Positions 1 through 12,800 of a DNA stretch of 64,000 nucleotides are shown in pieces. How positions within the stretch are numbered: the stretch's first letter is position 1; each line of letters opens with the position of its first letter. The notes under the pieces were generated by a model. It worked only from the letters and a program-made list of their open reading frames with translations, was not told the DNA's origin and ran no database searches. The translations under genes and the position numbers were made by a program. Origin of the DNA: Auanema rhodensis (Eukaryota > Animalia > Nematoda); NCBI GenBank assembly GCA_964057225.1, contig OZ059895.1, positions 1,736,001-1,800,000 of the forward strand, given 5' to 3'.

Positions 1-3
1 ATT

Positions 4-38
4 ATTTTGAAATTTTTCGAAAAAATTTTTGTCAAAAT
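4..38. other. Palindromic A/T-tract block in every monomer
   Basis: Perfect 12-bp palindrome TTTTTCGAAAAA (13-24), overlapping palindrome AAAAATTTTT (21-30), flanked by ATTTTGA (4-10) and TCAAAAT (32-38). Confidence 0.9.
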
Positions 39-51
39 GTTTTTAGAAGCA

Positions 52-79
52 ATGTTGAGTGTACATGGAAACTCAACAT
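52..79. other. Inverted repeat in every monomer: 9-bp arms, 10-nt spacer
   Basis: ATGTTGAGT (52-60), GTACATGGAA, ACTCAACAT (71-79); the arms are perfect reverse complements. Confidence 0.95.
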
Positions 80-162
80 ACACTAATGCATCATTTTTCA
101 AACAATCATAACTAATTTGTGTATTAAGCGTTTCTCGATGTAGTATAGTGCATTCGATGCGG

Positions 163-213
163 ATTTTTAAGCTGCGTCGATCTGTGTTATCAGATTTGCG
201 CTAGCTTAAAAAT
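163..213. other. Long imperfect hairpin in every monomer (51 nt)
   Basis: ATTTTTAAGCT (163-173) pairs with AGCTTAAAAAT (203-213), GCG (174-176) with CGC (199-201), ATCTG (180-184) with CAGAT (191-195), loop TGTTAT. Confidence 0.93.
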
Positions 214-351
214 GCACCGAGATATCAACTGATATATGTTCACACTTATATCCTCGATTTTCACCCTGAAGAATTAATTTTTTCGTTGAATAACATTGTC
301 CATCGTCTTTGCCTTGAAAAATGGAATCTAAAAACATCTACTTTTTGCTAA

Positions 352-702
352 ATTATTTTGAAATTTTTCGAAAAAATTTTTGTCAAAATGTTTTTGGAAG
401 CAATGTTGAGTGTACATGGAAACTCAACATACACTAATGCATCATTTTTCAAACAATCATAACTAATTTGTGTATTAAGCGTTTCTCAATGTAGTACAGT
501 GCATTCGATGCGGATTTTTAAGCTGCGGCGATCTGTGTTATCAGATTTGCGCTAACTTAAAAATGCACCGAGATATCAACTGATATAAGTTCACACTTAT
601 ATCCTCGATTTTCATCCTGAAGAATTAATTTTTTCGTTGAATAACATTGTCCATCGTCTTTGCCTTGAAAAATGGAATCTAAAAACATCTACTTTTTGCT
701 AA
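352..702. repeat. Representative 351-bp monomer (phase arbitrary, set by window start)
   Basis: About 111 G+C in 351 for the consensus, many A/T runs of 4-6 nt. Common polymorphic monomer positions are 104, 119, 125, 128, 137, 169, 177, 204, 301, 323/324 and 341. Confidence 0.97.
582..603. other. Inverted repeat in nearly every monomer: 9-bp arms, 4-nt loop (monomer position 231-252)
   Basis: GATATAAGT, TCAC, ACTTATATC, shown in monomer 2 because monomer 1 has an A>T variant in the left arm. Confidence 0.95.
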
Positions 703-3700
703 ATTATTTTGAAATTTTTCGAAAAAATTTTTGTCAAAATGTTTTTGGAAGCAATGTTGAGTGTACATGGAGACTCAACATACACTAATGCATCATTTTT
801 CAAACAATCATAACTAATTTTTGTATCAAGCGTTTCTCGATGTAGTATAGTGCATTCGATGCGGATTTTTAAGCTGCGTCGATCTGTGTTATCAGATTTG
901 CGCTAGCTTAAAAATGCACCGAGATATCAACTGATATAAGTTCACACTTATATCCTCGATTTTCACCCTGAAGAATTGATTTTTTCGTTGAATAACATTG
1001 TCCATCGTCTTTGCCTTGAAAAATGGAATCTAAAAACATCTACTTTTTGCTAAATTATTTTGAAATTTTTCGAAAAAATTTTTGTCAAAATGTTTTTGGA
1101 AGCAATGTTGAGTGTACATGGAAACTCAACATACACTAATGCATCATTTTTCAAACAATCATAACTAATTTGTGTATTAAGCGTTTCTCAATGTAGTACA
1201 GTGCATTCGATGCGGATTTTTAAGCTGCGGCGATCTGTGTTATCAGATTTGCGCTAACTTAAAAATGCACCGAGATATCAACTGATATAAGTTCACACTT
1301 ATATCCTCGATTTTCATCCTGAAGAATTAATTTTTTCGTTGAATAACATTGTCCATCGTCTTTGCCTTGAAAAATGGAATCTAAAAACATCTACTTTTTG
1401 CTAAATTATTTTGAAATTTTTCGAAAAAATTTTTGTCAAAATGTTTTTGGAAGCAATGTTGAGTGTACATGGAAACTCAACATACACTAATGCATCATTT
1501 TTCAAACAATCATAACTAATTTGTGTATTAAGCGTTTCTCAATGTAGTATAGTGCATTCGATGCGGATTTTTAAGCTGCGTCGATCTGTGTTATCAGATT
1601 TGCGCTAGCTTAAAAATGCACCGAGATATCAACTGATATAAGTTCACACTTATATCCTCGATTTTCACCCTGAAGAATTAATTTTTTCGTTGAATAACAT
1701 TGTCCATCGTCTTTGCCTTCAAAAATGGAATCTAAAAACATCTACGTTTTGCTAAATTATTTTGAAATTTTTCGAAAAAATTTTTGTCAAAATGTTTTTG
1801 GAAGCAATGTTGAGTGTACATGGAAACTCAACATACACTAATGCATCATTTTTCAAACAATCATAACTTATTTGTGTATTAAGCGTTTCTCAATGTAGTA
1901 TAGTGCATTCGATGCGGATTTTTAAGCTGCGTCGATCTGTGTTATCAGATTCGCGCTAGCTTAAAAATGCACCGAGATATCAACTGATATAAGTTCACAC
2001 TTATATCCTCGATTTTCACCCTGAAGAATTAATTTTTTCGTTGAATAACATTGTCCATCGTCTTTGCCTTGAAAAATGGAATCTAAAAACATCTACTTTT
2101 TGCTAAATTATTTTGAAATTTTTCGAAAAAATTTTTGTCAAAATGTTTTTAGAAGCAATGTTGAGTGTACATGGAAACTCAACATACACTAATGCATCAT
2201 TTTTCAAACAATCATAACTAATTTGTGTATTAAGCGTTTCTCGATGTAGTATAGTGCATTCGATGCGGATTTTTAAGCTGCGTCGATCTGTGTTATCAGA
2301 TTTGCGCTAGCTTAAAAATGCACCGAGATATCAACTGATATATGTTCACACTTATATCCTCGATTTTCACCCTGAAGAATTAATTTTTTCGTTGAATAAC
2401 ATTGTCCATCGTCTTTGCCTTGAAAAATGGAATCTAAAAACATCTACTTTTTGCTAAATTATTTTGAAATTTTTCGAAAAAATTTTTGTCAAAATGTTTT
2501 TGGAAGCAATGTTGAGTGTACATGGAAACTCAACATACACTAATGCATCATTTTTCAAACAATCATAACTAATTTGTGTATTAAGCGTTTCTCAATGTAG
2601 TACAGTGCATTCGATGCGGATTTTTAAGCTGCGGCGATCTGTGTTATCAGATTTGCGCTAACTTAAAAATGCACCGAGATATCAACTGATATAAGTTCAC
2701 ACTTATATCCTCGATTTTCATCCTGAAGAATTAATTTTTTCGTTGAATAACATTGTCCATCGTCTTTGCCTTGAAAAATGGAATCTAAAAACATCTACTT
2801 TTTGCTAAATTATTTTGAAATTTTTCGAAAAAATTTTTGTCAAAATGTTTTTGGAAGCAATGTTGAGTGTACATGGAGACTCAACATACACTAATGCATC
2901 ATTTTTCAAACAATCATAACTAATTTTTGTATCAAGCGTTTCTCGATGTAGTATAGTGCATTCGATGCGGATTTTTAAGCTGCGTCGATCTGTGTTATCA
3001 GATTTGCGCTAGCTTAAAAATGCACCGAGATATCAACTGATATAAGTTCACACTTATATCCTCGATTTTCACCCTGAAGAATTGATTTTTTCGTTGAATA
3101 ACATTGTCCATCGTCTTTGCCTTGAAAAATGGAATCTAAAAACATCTACTTTTTGCTAAATTATTTTGAAATTTTTCGAAAAAATTTTTGTCAAAATGTT
3201 TTTGGAAGCAATGTTGAGTGTACATGGAAACTCAACATACACTAATGCATCATTTTTCAAACAATCATAACTAATTTGTGTATTAAGCGTTTCTCAATGT
3301 AGTACAGTGCATTCGATGCGGATTTTTAAGCTGCGGCGATCTGTGTTATCAGATTTGCGCTAACTTAAAAATGCACCGAGATATCAACTGATATAAGTTC
3401 ACACTTATATCCTCGATTTTCATCCTGAAGAATTAATTTTTTCGTTGAATAACATTGTCCATCGTCTTTGCCTTGAAAAATGGAATCTAAAAACATCTAC
3501 TTTTTGCTAAATTATTTTGAAATTTTTCGAAAAAATTTTTGTCAAAATGTTTTTGGAAGCAATGTTGAGTGTACATGGAAACTCAACATACACTAATGCA
3601 TCATTTTTCAAACAATCATAACTAATTTGTGTATTAAGCGTTTCTCAATGTAGTATAGTGCATTCGATGCGGATTTTTAAGCTGCGTCGATCTGTGTTAT

Positions 3701-4564
3701 CAGATTTGCGCTAGCTTAAAAATGCACCGAGATATCAACTGATATAAGTTCACACTTATATCCTCGATTTTCACCCTGAAGAATTAATTTTTTCGTTGAA
3801 TAACATTGTCTATCGTCTTTGCCTTGAAAAATGGAATCTAAAAACATCTACTTTTTGCTAAATTATTTTAAAATTTTTCGAAAAAATTTTTTGTCAAAAT
3901 GTTTTTGGAAGCAATGTTGAGTGTACATGGAGACTCAACATACACTAATGCATCATTTTTCAAACAATCATAACTAATTTTTGTATCAAGCGTTTCTCGA
4001 TGTAGTATAGTGCATTCGATGCGGATTTTTAAGCTGCGTCGATCTGTGTTATCAGATTTGCGCTAGCTTAAAAATGCACCGAGATATCAACTGATATAAG
4101 TTCACACTTATATCCTCGATTTTCACCCTGAAGAATTAATTTTTTCGTTGAATAACATTGTCCATCGTCTTTGCCTTGAAAAATGGAATCTAAAAACATC
4201 TACTTTTTGCTAAATTATTTTGAAATTTTTCGAAAAAATTTTTGTCAAAATGTTTTTGGAAGCAATGTTGAGTGTACATGGAAACTCAACATACACTAAT
4301 GCATCATTTTTCAAACAATCATAACTAATTTGTTTATTAAGCGTTTCTCAATGTAGTATAGTGCATTCGATGCGGATTTTTAAGCTGCGTCGATCTGTGT
4401 TATCAGATTCGCGCTAGCTTAAAAATGCACCGAGATATCAACTGATATAAGTTCACACTTATATCCTCGATTTTCACCCTGAAGAATTAATTTTTTCGTT
4501 GAATAACATTGTCCATCGTCTTTGCCTTGAAAAATGGAATCTAAAAACATCTACTTTTTGCTAA

Positions 4565-7500
4565 ATTATTTTGAAATTTTTCGAAAAAATTTTTGTCAAA
4601 ATGTTTTTGGAAGCAATGTTGAGTGTACATGGAAACTCAACATACACTAATGCATCATTTTTCAAACGATCATAACTAATTTTTGTATCAAGCGTTTTTC
4701 GATGTAGTATAGTGCATTCGATGCGGATTTTTAAGCTGCGTCGATCTGTGTTATCAGATTTGCGCTAGCTTAAAAATGCACCGAGATATCAACTGATATA
4801 AGTTCACACTTATATCCTCGATTTTCACCCTGAAGAATTAATTTTTTCGTTGAATAACATTGTCCATCGTCTTTGCCTTGAAAAATGGAATCTAAAAACA
4901 TCTACTTTTTGCTAAATTATTTTGAAATTTTTCGAAAAAATTTTTGTCAAAATGTTTTTGGAAGCAATGTTGAGTGTACATGGAAACTCAACATACACTA
5001 ATGCATCATTTTTCAAACGATCATAACTAATTTTTGTATCAAGCGTTTCTCGATGTAGTATAGTGCATTCGATGCGGATTTTTAAGCTGCGTCGATCTGT
5101 GTTATCAGATTTGCGCTAGCTTAAAAATGCACCTAGATATCAACTGATATAAGTTCACACTTATATCCTCGATTTTCACCCTGAAGAATTAATTTTTTCG
5201 TTGAATAACATTGTCCATCGTCTTTGCCTTGAAAAATGGAATCTAAAAACATCTACTTTTTGCTAAATTATTTTGAAATTTTTCGAAAAAATTTTTGTCA
5301 AAATGTTTTTGGAAGCAATGTTGAGTGTACATGGAAACTCAACATACACTAATGCATCATTTTTCAAACAATCATAACTAATTTGTGTATTAAGCGTTTC
5401 TCAATGTAGTATAGTGCATTCGATGCGGATTTTTAAGCTGCGGCGATCTGTGTTATCAGATTTGCGCTAACTTAAAAATGCACCGAGATATCAACTGATA
5501 TAAGTTCACACATATATCCTCGATTTTCACCCTGAAGAATTAATTTTTTCGTTGAATAACATTGTCCATCGTCTTTGCCTTGAAAAATGGAATCTAAAAA
5601 CATCTACTTTTTGCTAAATTATTTTGAAATTTTTCGAAAAAATTTTTGTCAAAATGTTTTTGGAAGCAATGTTGAGTGTACATGGAAACTCAACATACAC
5701 TAATGCATCATTTTTCAAACAATCATAACTAATTTGTGTATTAAGCGTTTCTCAATGTAGTATAGTGCATTCGATGCGGATTTTTAAGCTGCGTCGATCT
5801 GTGTTATCAGATTTGCGCTAGCTTAAAAATGCACCGAGATATCAACTGATATAAGTTCACACTTATATCCTCGATTTTCACCCTGAAGAATTAATTTTTT
5901 CGTTGAATAACATTGTCCATCGTCTTTGCCTTGAAAAATGGAATCTAAAAACATCTACTTTTTGCTAAATTATTTTGAAATTTTTCGAAAAAATTTTTGT
6001 CAAAATGTTTTTAGAAGCAATGTTGAGTGTACATGGAAACTCAACATACACTAATGCATCATTTTTCAAACAATCATAACTAATTTGTGTATTAAGCGTT
6101 TCTCAATGTAGTATAGTGCTTTCGATGCGGATTTTTAAGCTGCGTCGATCTGTGTTATCAGATTTGCGCTAGCTTAAAAATGCACCGAGATATCAACTGA
6201 TATAAGTTCACACTTATATCCTCGATTTTCACCCTGAAGAATTAATTTTTTCGTTGAATAACATCGTCCATCGTTTTTGCCTTAAAAAATGGAATCTAAA
6301 AACATCTACTTTTTGCTAAATTATTTTGAAATTTTTCGAAAAAATTTTTGTCAAAATGTTTTTGGAAGCAATGTTGAGTGTACATGGAAACTCAACATAC
6401 ACTAATGCATCATTTTTCAAACGATCATAACTAATTTTTGTATCAAGCGTTTTTCGATGTAGTATAGTGCATTCGATGCGGATTTTTAAGCTGCGTCGAT
6501 CTGTGTTATCAGATTTGCGCTAGCTTAAAAATGCACCGAGATATCAACTGATATAAGTTCACACTTATATCCTCGATTTTCACCCTGAAGAATTAATTTT
6601 TTCGTTGAATAACATTGTCCATCGTCTTTGCCTTGAAAAATGGAATCTAAAAACATCTACTTTTTGCTAAATTATTTTGAAATTTTTCGAAAAAATTTTT
6701 GTCAAAATGTTTTTGGAAGCAATGTTGAGTGTACATGGAAACTCAACATACACTAATGCATCATTTTTCAAACGATCATAACTAATTTTTGTATCAAGCG
6801 TTTCTCGATGTAGTATAGTGCATTCGATGCGGATTTTTAAGCTGCGTCGATCTGTGTTATCAGATTTGCGCTAGCTTAAAAATGCACCTAGATATCAACT
6901 GATATAAGTTCACACTTATATCCTCGATTTTCACCCTGAAGAATTAATTTTTTCGTTGAATAACATTGTCCATCGTCTTTGCCTTGAAAAATGGAATCTA
7001 AAAACATCTACTTTTTGCTAAATTATTTTGAAATTTTTCGAAAAAATTTTTGTCAAAATGTTTTTGGAAGCAATGTTGAGTGTACATGGAAACTCAACAT
7101 ACACTAATGCATCATTTTTCAAACAATCATAACTAATTTGTGTATTAAGCGTTTCTCAATGTAGTATAGTGCATTCGATGCGGATTTTTAAGCTGCGGCG
7201 ATCTGTGTTATCAGATTTGCGCTAACTTAAAAATGCACCGAGATATCAACTGATATAAGTTCACACTTATATCCTCGATTTTCACCCTGAAGAATTAATT
7301 TTTTCGTTGAATAACATTGTCCATCGTCTTTGCCTTGAAAAATGGAATCTAAAAACATCTACTTTTTGCTAAATTATTCTGAAATTTTTCGAAAAAATTT
7401 TTGTCAAAATGTTTTTGGAAGCAATGTTGAGTGTACATGGAAACTCAACATACACTAATGCATCATTTTTCAAACAATCATAACTAATTTGTGTATTAAG

Positions 7501-9829
7501 CGTTTCTCAATGTAGTATAGTGCATTCGATGCGGATTTTTAAGCTGCGTCGATCTGTGTTATCAGATTTGCGCTAGCTTAAAAATGCACCGAGATATCAA
7601 CTGATATAAGTTCACACTTATATCCTCGATTTTCACCCTGAAGAATTAATTTTTTCGTTGAATAACATTGTCCATCGTCTTTGCCTTGAAAAATGGAATC
7701 TAAAAACATCTACTTTTTGCTAAATTATTTTGAAATTTTTCGAAAAAATTTTTGTCAAAATGTTTTTAGAAGCAATGTTGAGTGTACATGGAAACTCAAC
7801 ATACACTAATGCATCATTTTTCAAACAATCATAACTAATTTGTGTATTAAGCGTTTCTCAATGTAGTATAGTGCTTTCGATGCGGATTTTTAAGCTGCGT
7901 CGATCTGTGTTATCAGATTTGCGCTAGCTTAAAAATGCACCGAGATATCAACTGATATAAGTTCACACTTATATCCTCGATTTTCACCCTGAAGAATTAA
8001 TTTTTTCGTTGAATAACATCGTCCATCGTTTTTGCCTTAAAAAATGGAATCTAAAAACATCTACTTTTTGCTAAATTATTTTGAAATTTTTCGAAAAAAT
8101 TTTTGTCAAAATGTTTTTGGAAGCAATGTTGAGTGTACATGGAAACTCAACATACACTAATGCATCATTTTTCAAACGATCATAACTAATTTTTGTATCA
8201 AGCGTTTTTCGATGTAGTATAGGGCATTCGATGCGGATTTTTAAGCTGCGTCGATCTGTGTTATCAGATTTGCGCTAGCTTAAAAATGCACCGAGATATC
8301 AACTGATATAAGTTCACACTTATATCCTCGATTTTCACCCTGAAGAATTAATTTTTTCGTTGAATAACATTGTCCATCGTCTTTGCCTTGAAAAATGGAA
8401 TCTAAAAACATCTACTTTTTGCTAAATTATTTTGAAATTTTTCGAAAAAATTTTTGTCAAAATGTTTTTGGAAGCAATGTTGAGTGTACATGGAAACTCA
8501 ACATACACTAATGCATCATTTTTCAAACGATCATAACTAATTTTTGTATCAAGCGTTTCTCGATGTAGTATAGTGCATTCGATGCGGATTTTTAAGCTGC
8601 GTCGATCTGTGTTATCAGATTTGCGCTAGCTTAAAAATGCACCTAGATATCAACTGATATAAGTTCACACTTATATCCTCGATTTTCACCCTGAAGAATT
8701 AATTTTTTCGTTGAATAACATTGTCCATCGTCTTTGCCTTGAAAAATGGAATCTAAAAACATCTACTTTTTGCTAAATTATTTTGAAATTTTTCGAAAAA
8801 ATTTTTGTCAAAATGTTTTTGGAAGCAATGTTGAGTGTACATGGAAACTCAACATACACTAATGCATCATTTTTCAAACAATCATAACTAATTTGTGTAT
8901 TAAGCGTTTCTCAATGTAGTATAGTGCATTCGATGCGGATTTTTAAGCTGCGGCGATCTGTGTTATCAGATTTGCGCTAACTTAAAAATGCACCGAGATA
9001 TCAACTGATATAAGTTCACACTTATATCCTCGATTTTCACCCTGAAGAATTAATTTTTTCGTTGAATAACATTGTCCATCGTCTTTGCCTTGAAAAATGG
9101 AATCTAAAAACATCTACTTTTTGCTAAATTATTTTGAAATTTTTCGAAAAAATTTTTGTCAAAATGTTTTTGGAAGCAATGTTGAGTGTACATGGAAACT
9201 CAACATACACTAATGCATCATTTTTCAAACAATCATAACTAATTTGTGTATTAAGCGTTTCTCAATGTAGTATAGTGCATTCGATGCGGATTTTTAAGCT
9301 GCGTCGATCTGTGTTATCAGATTTGCGCTAGCTTAAAAATGCACCGAGATATCAACTGATATAAGTTCACACTTATATCCTCGATTTTCACCCTGAAGAA
9401 TTAATTTTTTCGTTGAATAACATTGTCCATCGTCTTTGCCTTGAAAAATGGAATCTAAAAACATCTACTTTTTGCTAAATTATTTTGAAATTTTTCGAAA
9501 AAATTTTTGTCAAAATGTTTTTAGAAGCAATGTTGAGTGTACATGGAAACTCAACATACACTAATGCATCATTTTTCAAACAATCATAACTAATTTGTGT
9601 ATTAAGCGTTTCTCAATGTAGTATAGTGCATTCGATGCGGATTTTTAAGCTGCGTCGATCTGTGTTATCAGATTTGCGCTAGCTTAAAAATGCACCGAGA
9701 TATCAACTGATATAAGTTCACACTTATATCCTCGATTTTCACCCTGAAGAATTAATTTTTTCGTTGAATAACATCGTCCATCGTTTTTGCCTTGAAAAAT
9801 GGAATCTAAAAACATCTACTTTTTGCTAA
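4565..9829. repeat. 5-monomer higher-order repeat (1755 bp) x3
   Basis: ACCTAGAT at 5131, 6886 and 8641 (exactly 1755 apart). The ACATCGTCCATCGTTTTT and TTTTAGAAG variants follow the same period. Confidence 0.93.
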
Positions 9830-12800
9830 ATTATTTTGAAATTTTTCGAAAAAATTTTTGTCAAAATGTTTTTGGAAGCAATGTTGAGTGTACATGGAAA
9901 CTCAACATACACTAATGCATCATTTTTCAAACGATCATAACTAATTTTTGTATTAAGCTTTTCTCAATGTAGTATAGTGCATTCGATGCGGATTTTTAAG
10001 CTGCGTCGATCTGTGTTATCAGATTTGCGCTAGCTTAAAAATGCACCGAGATATCAACTGATATAAGTTCACACTTATATCCTCGATTTTCACCCTGAAG
10101 AATTAATTTTTTCGTTGAATAACATTGTCCATCTTCTTTGCCTTGAAAAATGGAATCTAAAAACATCTACTTTTTGCTAAATTATTTTGAAATTTTTCGA
10201 AAAAATTTTTGTCAAAATGTTTTTAGAAGCAATGTTGAGTGTACATGGAAACTCAACATACACTAATGCATCATTTTTCAAACAATCATAACTAATTTGT
10301 GTTTTAAGCGTTTCTCAATGTAGTATAGTGCATTCGATGCGGATTTTTAAGCTGCGTCGATCTGTGTTATCAGATTTGCGCTAGCTTAAAAATGCACCGA
10401 GATATCAACTGATATAAGTTCACACTTATATCCTCGATTTTCACCCTGAAGAATTAATTTATTCGTTGAATAACATTGTCCATCGTCTTTGCCTTGAAAA
10501 ATGGAATCTAAAAACATCTACTTTTTGCTAAATTATTTTGAAATTTTTCGAAAAAATTTTTGTCAAAATGTTTTTGGAAGCAATGTTGAGTGTACATGGA
10601 AACTCAACATACACTAATGCATCATTTTTCAAACGATCATAACTAATTTTTGTATTAAGCTTTTCTCAATGTAGTATAGTGCATTCGATGCGGATTTTTA
10701 AGCTGCGTCGATCTGTGTTATCAGATTTGCGCTAGCTTAAAAATGCACCGAGATATCAACTGATATAAGTTTACACTTATATCCTCGATTTTCACCCTGA
10801 AGAATTAATTTTTTCGTTGAATAACATCGTCCATCGTCTTTGCCTTGAAAAATGGAATCTAAAAACATCTACTTTTTGCTAAATTATTTTGAAATTTTTC
10901 GAAAAAATTTTTGTCAAAATGTTTTTGGAAGCAATGTTGAGTGTACGTGGAAACTCAACATACACTAATGGCATCATTTTTCAAACGATCATAACTAATT
11001 TTTGTATTAAGCTTTTCTCAATGTAGTATAGTGCATTCGATGCGGATTTTTAAGCTGCGTCGATCTGTGTTATCAGATTTGCGCTAGCTTAAAAATGCAC
11101 CGAGATATCAACTGATATAAGTTCACACTTATATCCTCGATTTTCACCCTGAAGAATTAAATTTTCCGTTGAATAACATTGTCCATCGTCTTTGCCTTGA
11201 AAAAAGGAATCTAAAAACATCTACTTTTTGCTAAATTATTTTGAAATTTTTCGAAAAAATTTTTGTCAAAATGTTTTTGGAAGCAATGTTGAGTGTACAT
11301 GGAAACTCAACATACACTAATGCATCATTTTTCAAACGATCATAACTAATTTTTGTATTAAGCGTTTCTAAATGTAGTATAGTGCATTCGATGCGGATTT
11401 TTAAGCTGCGTCGATCTGTGTTATCAGATTTGCGCTAGCTTAAAAATGCACCGAGATATCAACTGATATAAGTTCACACTTATATCCTCGATTTTCACCC
11501 TGAAGAATTAATTTTTTCGTTGAATAACATTGTCTATCGTCTTTGCCTTGAAAAATGGAATCTAAAAACATCTAATTTTTGCTAAATTATTTTGAAATTT
11601 TTCGAAAAAATTTTTGTCAAAATGTTTTTGGAAGCAATGTTGAGTGTACATGGAAACTCAACATACACTAATGCATCATTTTTCAAACAATCATAACTAA
11701 TTTGTGTATTAAGCGTTTCTCAATGTAGTATAGTGCATTCGATGCGGATTTTTAAGCTGCGTCGATCTGTGTTATCAGATTTGCGCTAGCTTAAAAATGC
11801 ACCGAGATATCAACTGATATAAGTTCACACTTATATCCTCGATTTTCACCCTGAAGAATTAATTTTTTCGTTGAATAACATTGTCCATCGTCTTTGCCTT
11901 AAAAAATGGAATCTAAAAACATCTACTTTTTGCTAAATTATTTTGAAATTTTTCGAAAAAATTTTTGTCAAAATGTTTTTGGAAGCAATGTTGAGTGTAC
12001 ATGGAAACTCAACATACACTAATGCATCATTTTTCAAACGATCATAACTAATTTTTGTATCAAGCGTTTCTCAATGTAGTATAGTGCATTCGATGCGGAT
12101 TTTTAAGCTGCGGCGATCTGTGTTATCAGATTTGCGCTAACTTAAAAATGCACCGAGATATCAACTGATATAAGTTCACACTTATATCCTCGATTTTCAC
12201 CCTGAAGAATTAATTTTTTCGTTGAATAACATTGTCCATCGTCTTTGCCTTGAAAAATGGAATCTAAAAACATCTACTTTTTGCTAAATTATTTTGAAAT
12301 TTTTCGAAAAAATTTTTGTCAAAATGTTTTTGGAAGCAATGTTGAGTGTACATGGAAACTCAACATACACTAATGCATCATTTTTCAAACAATCATAACT
12401 AATTTGTGTATTAAGCGTTTTTCAATGTAGTATAGAGCATTCGATGCGGATTTTTGAGGTGCGTCGATCTGTGTTATCAGATTTGCGCTAGCTTAAAAAT
12501 GCACCGAGATATCAACTGATATAAGTTCACACTTATATCCTCGATTTTCACCCTGAAGAATTAATTTTTTCGTTGAATAACATTGTCTATCGTCTTTGCC
12601 TTGAAAAATGGAATCTAAAAACATCTATTTTTTGCTAAATTATTTTGAAATTTTTCGAAAAAATTTTTGTCAAAATGTTTTTGGAAGCAATGTTGAGTGT
12701 ACATGGAAACTCAACATACACTAATGCATCATTTTTCAAACGATCATAACTAATTTTTGTATCAAACGTTTCTCAATGTAGTATAGTGCATTCGATGCGG

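Larger units (their letters stand above)
1..3861. repeat. Local higher-order duplication with 6-monomer (2106-bp) offset
   Basis: Rare variants repeat at +2106: GATATATGTT (T at 237 and 2343), TTTTAGAAG, GGAGACTC, AATTGATT. Monomers 1-4 match monomers 7-10. Confidence 0.9.

Noticed and set aside
163-213. Compensatory covariation between linked variants 177G and 204A, or an intrinsic terminator
   Set aside because: The two positions do not pair with each other, and 204A breaks a stem pair, so linkage is explained by shared descent. There is no gene context for a terminator.
281-297. CENP-B box-like TTTCGTTGAA
   Set aside because: It matches only TTCG....A (5 of 9 essential bases) and lacks the CGGG half.
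266-325. Hammerhead ribozyme, as known from newt, cricket and schistosome satellites; CTGAAGA matches the CUGANGA core
   Set aside because: I could not build stem II closed by GAAA, nor stems I and III with a UH cleavage site, and the minus strand offers only CTGATAA. An Infernal/Rfam search on a dimer would settle it.
1-351. Tandem RNA gene unit (5S rRNA, tRNA, snRNA, spliced leader) or an internal ~175-bp dimer structure
   Set aside because: I found no recognisable conserved RNA motifs or cloverleaf, and no convincing similarity between monomer halves by eye.
7-357. Giant repeat protein under an alternative code: 351 = 117 codons, and one frame has only four stops, all TAA/TAG (open under the ciliate-type code)
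   Set aside because: The recurrent 324A variant creates an in-frame TGA, 15 monomers have frameshifting 1-bp indels, and most common variants are nonsynonymous. There is no coding constraint.
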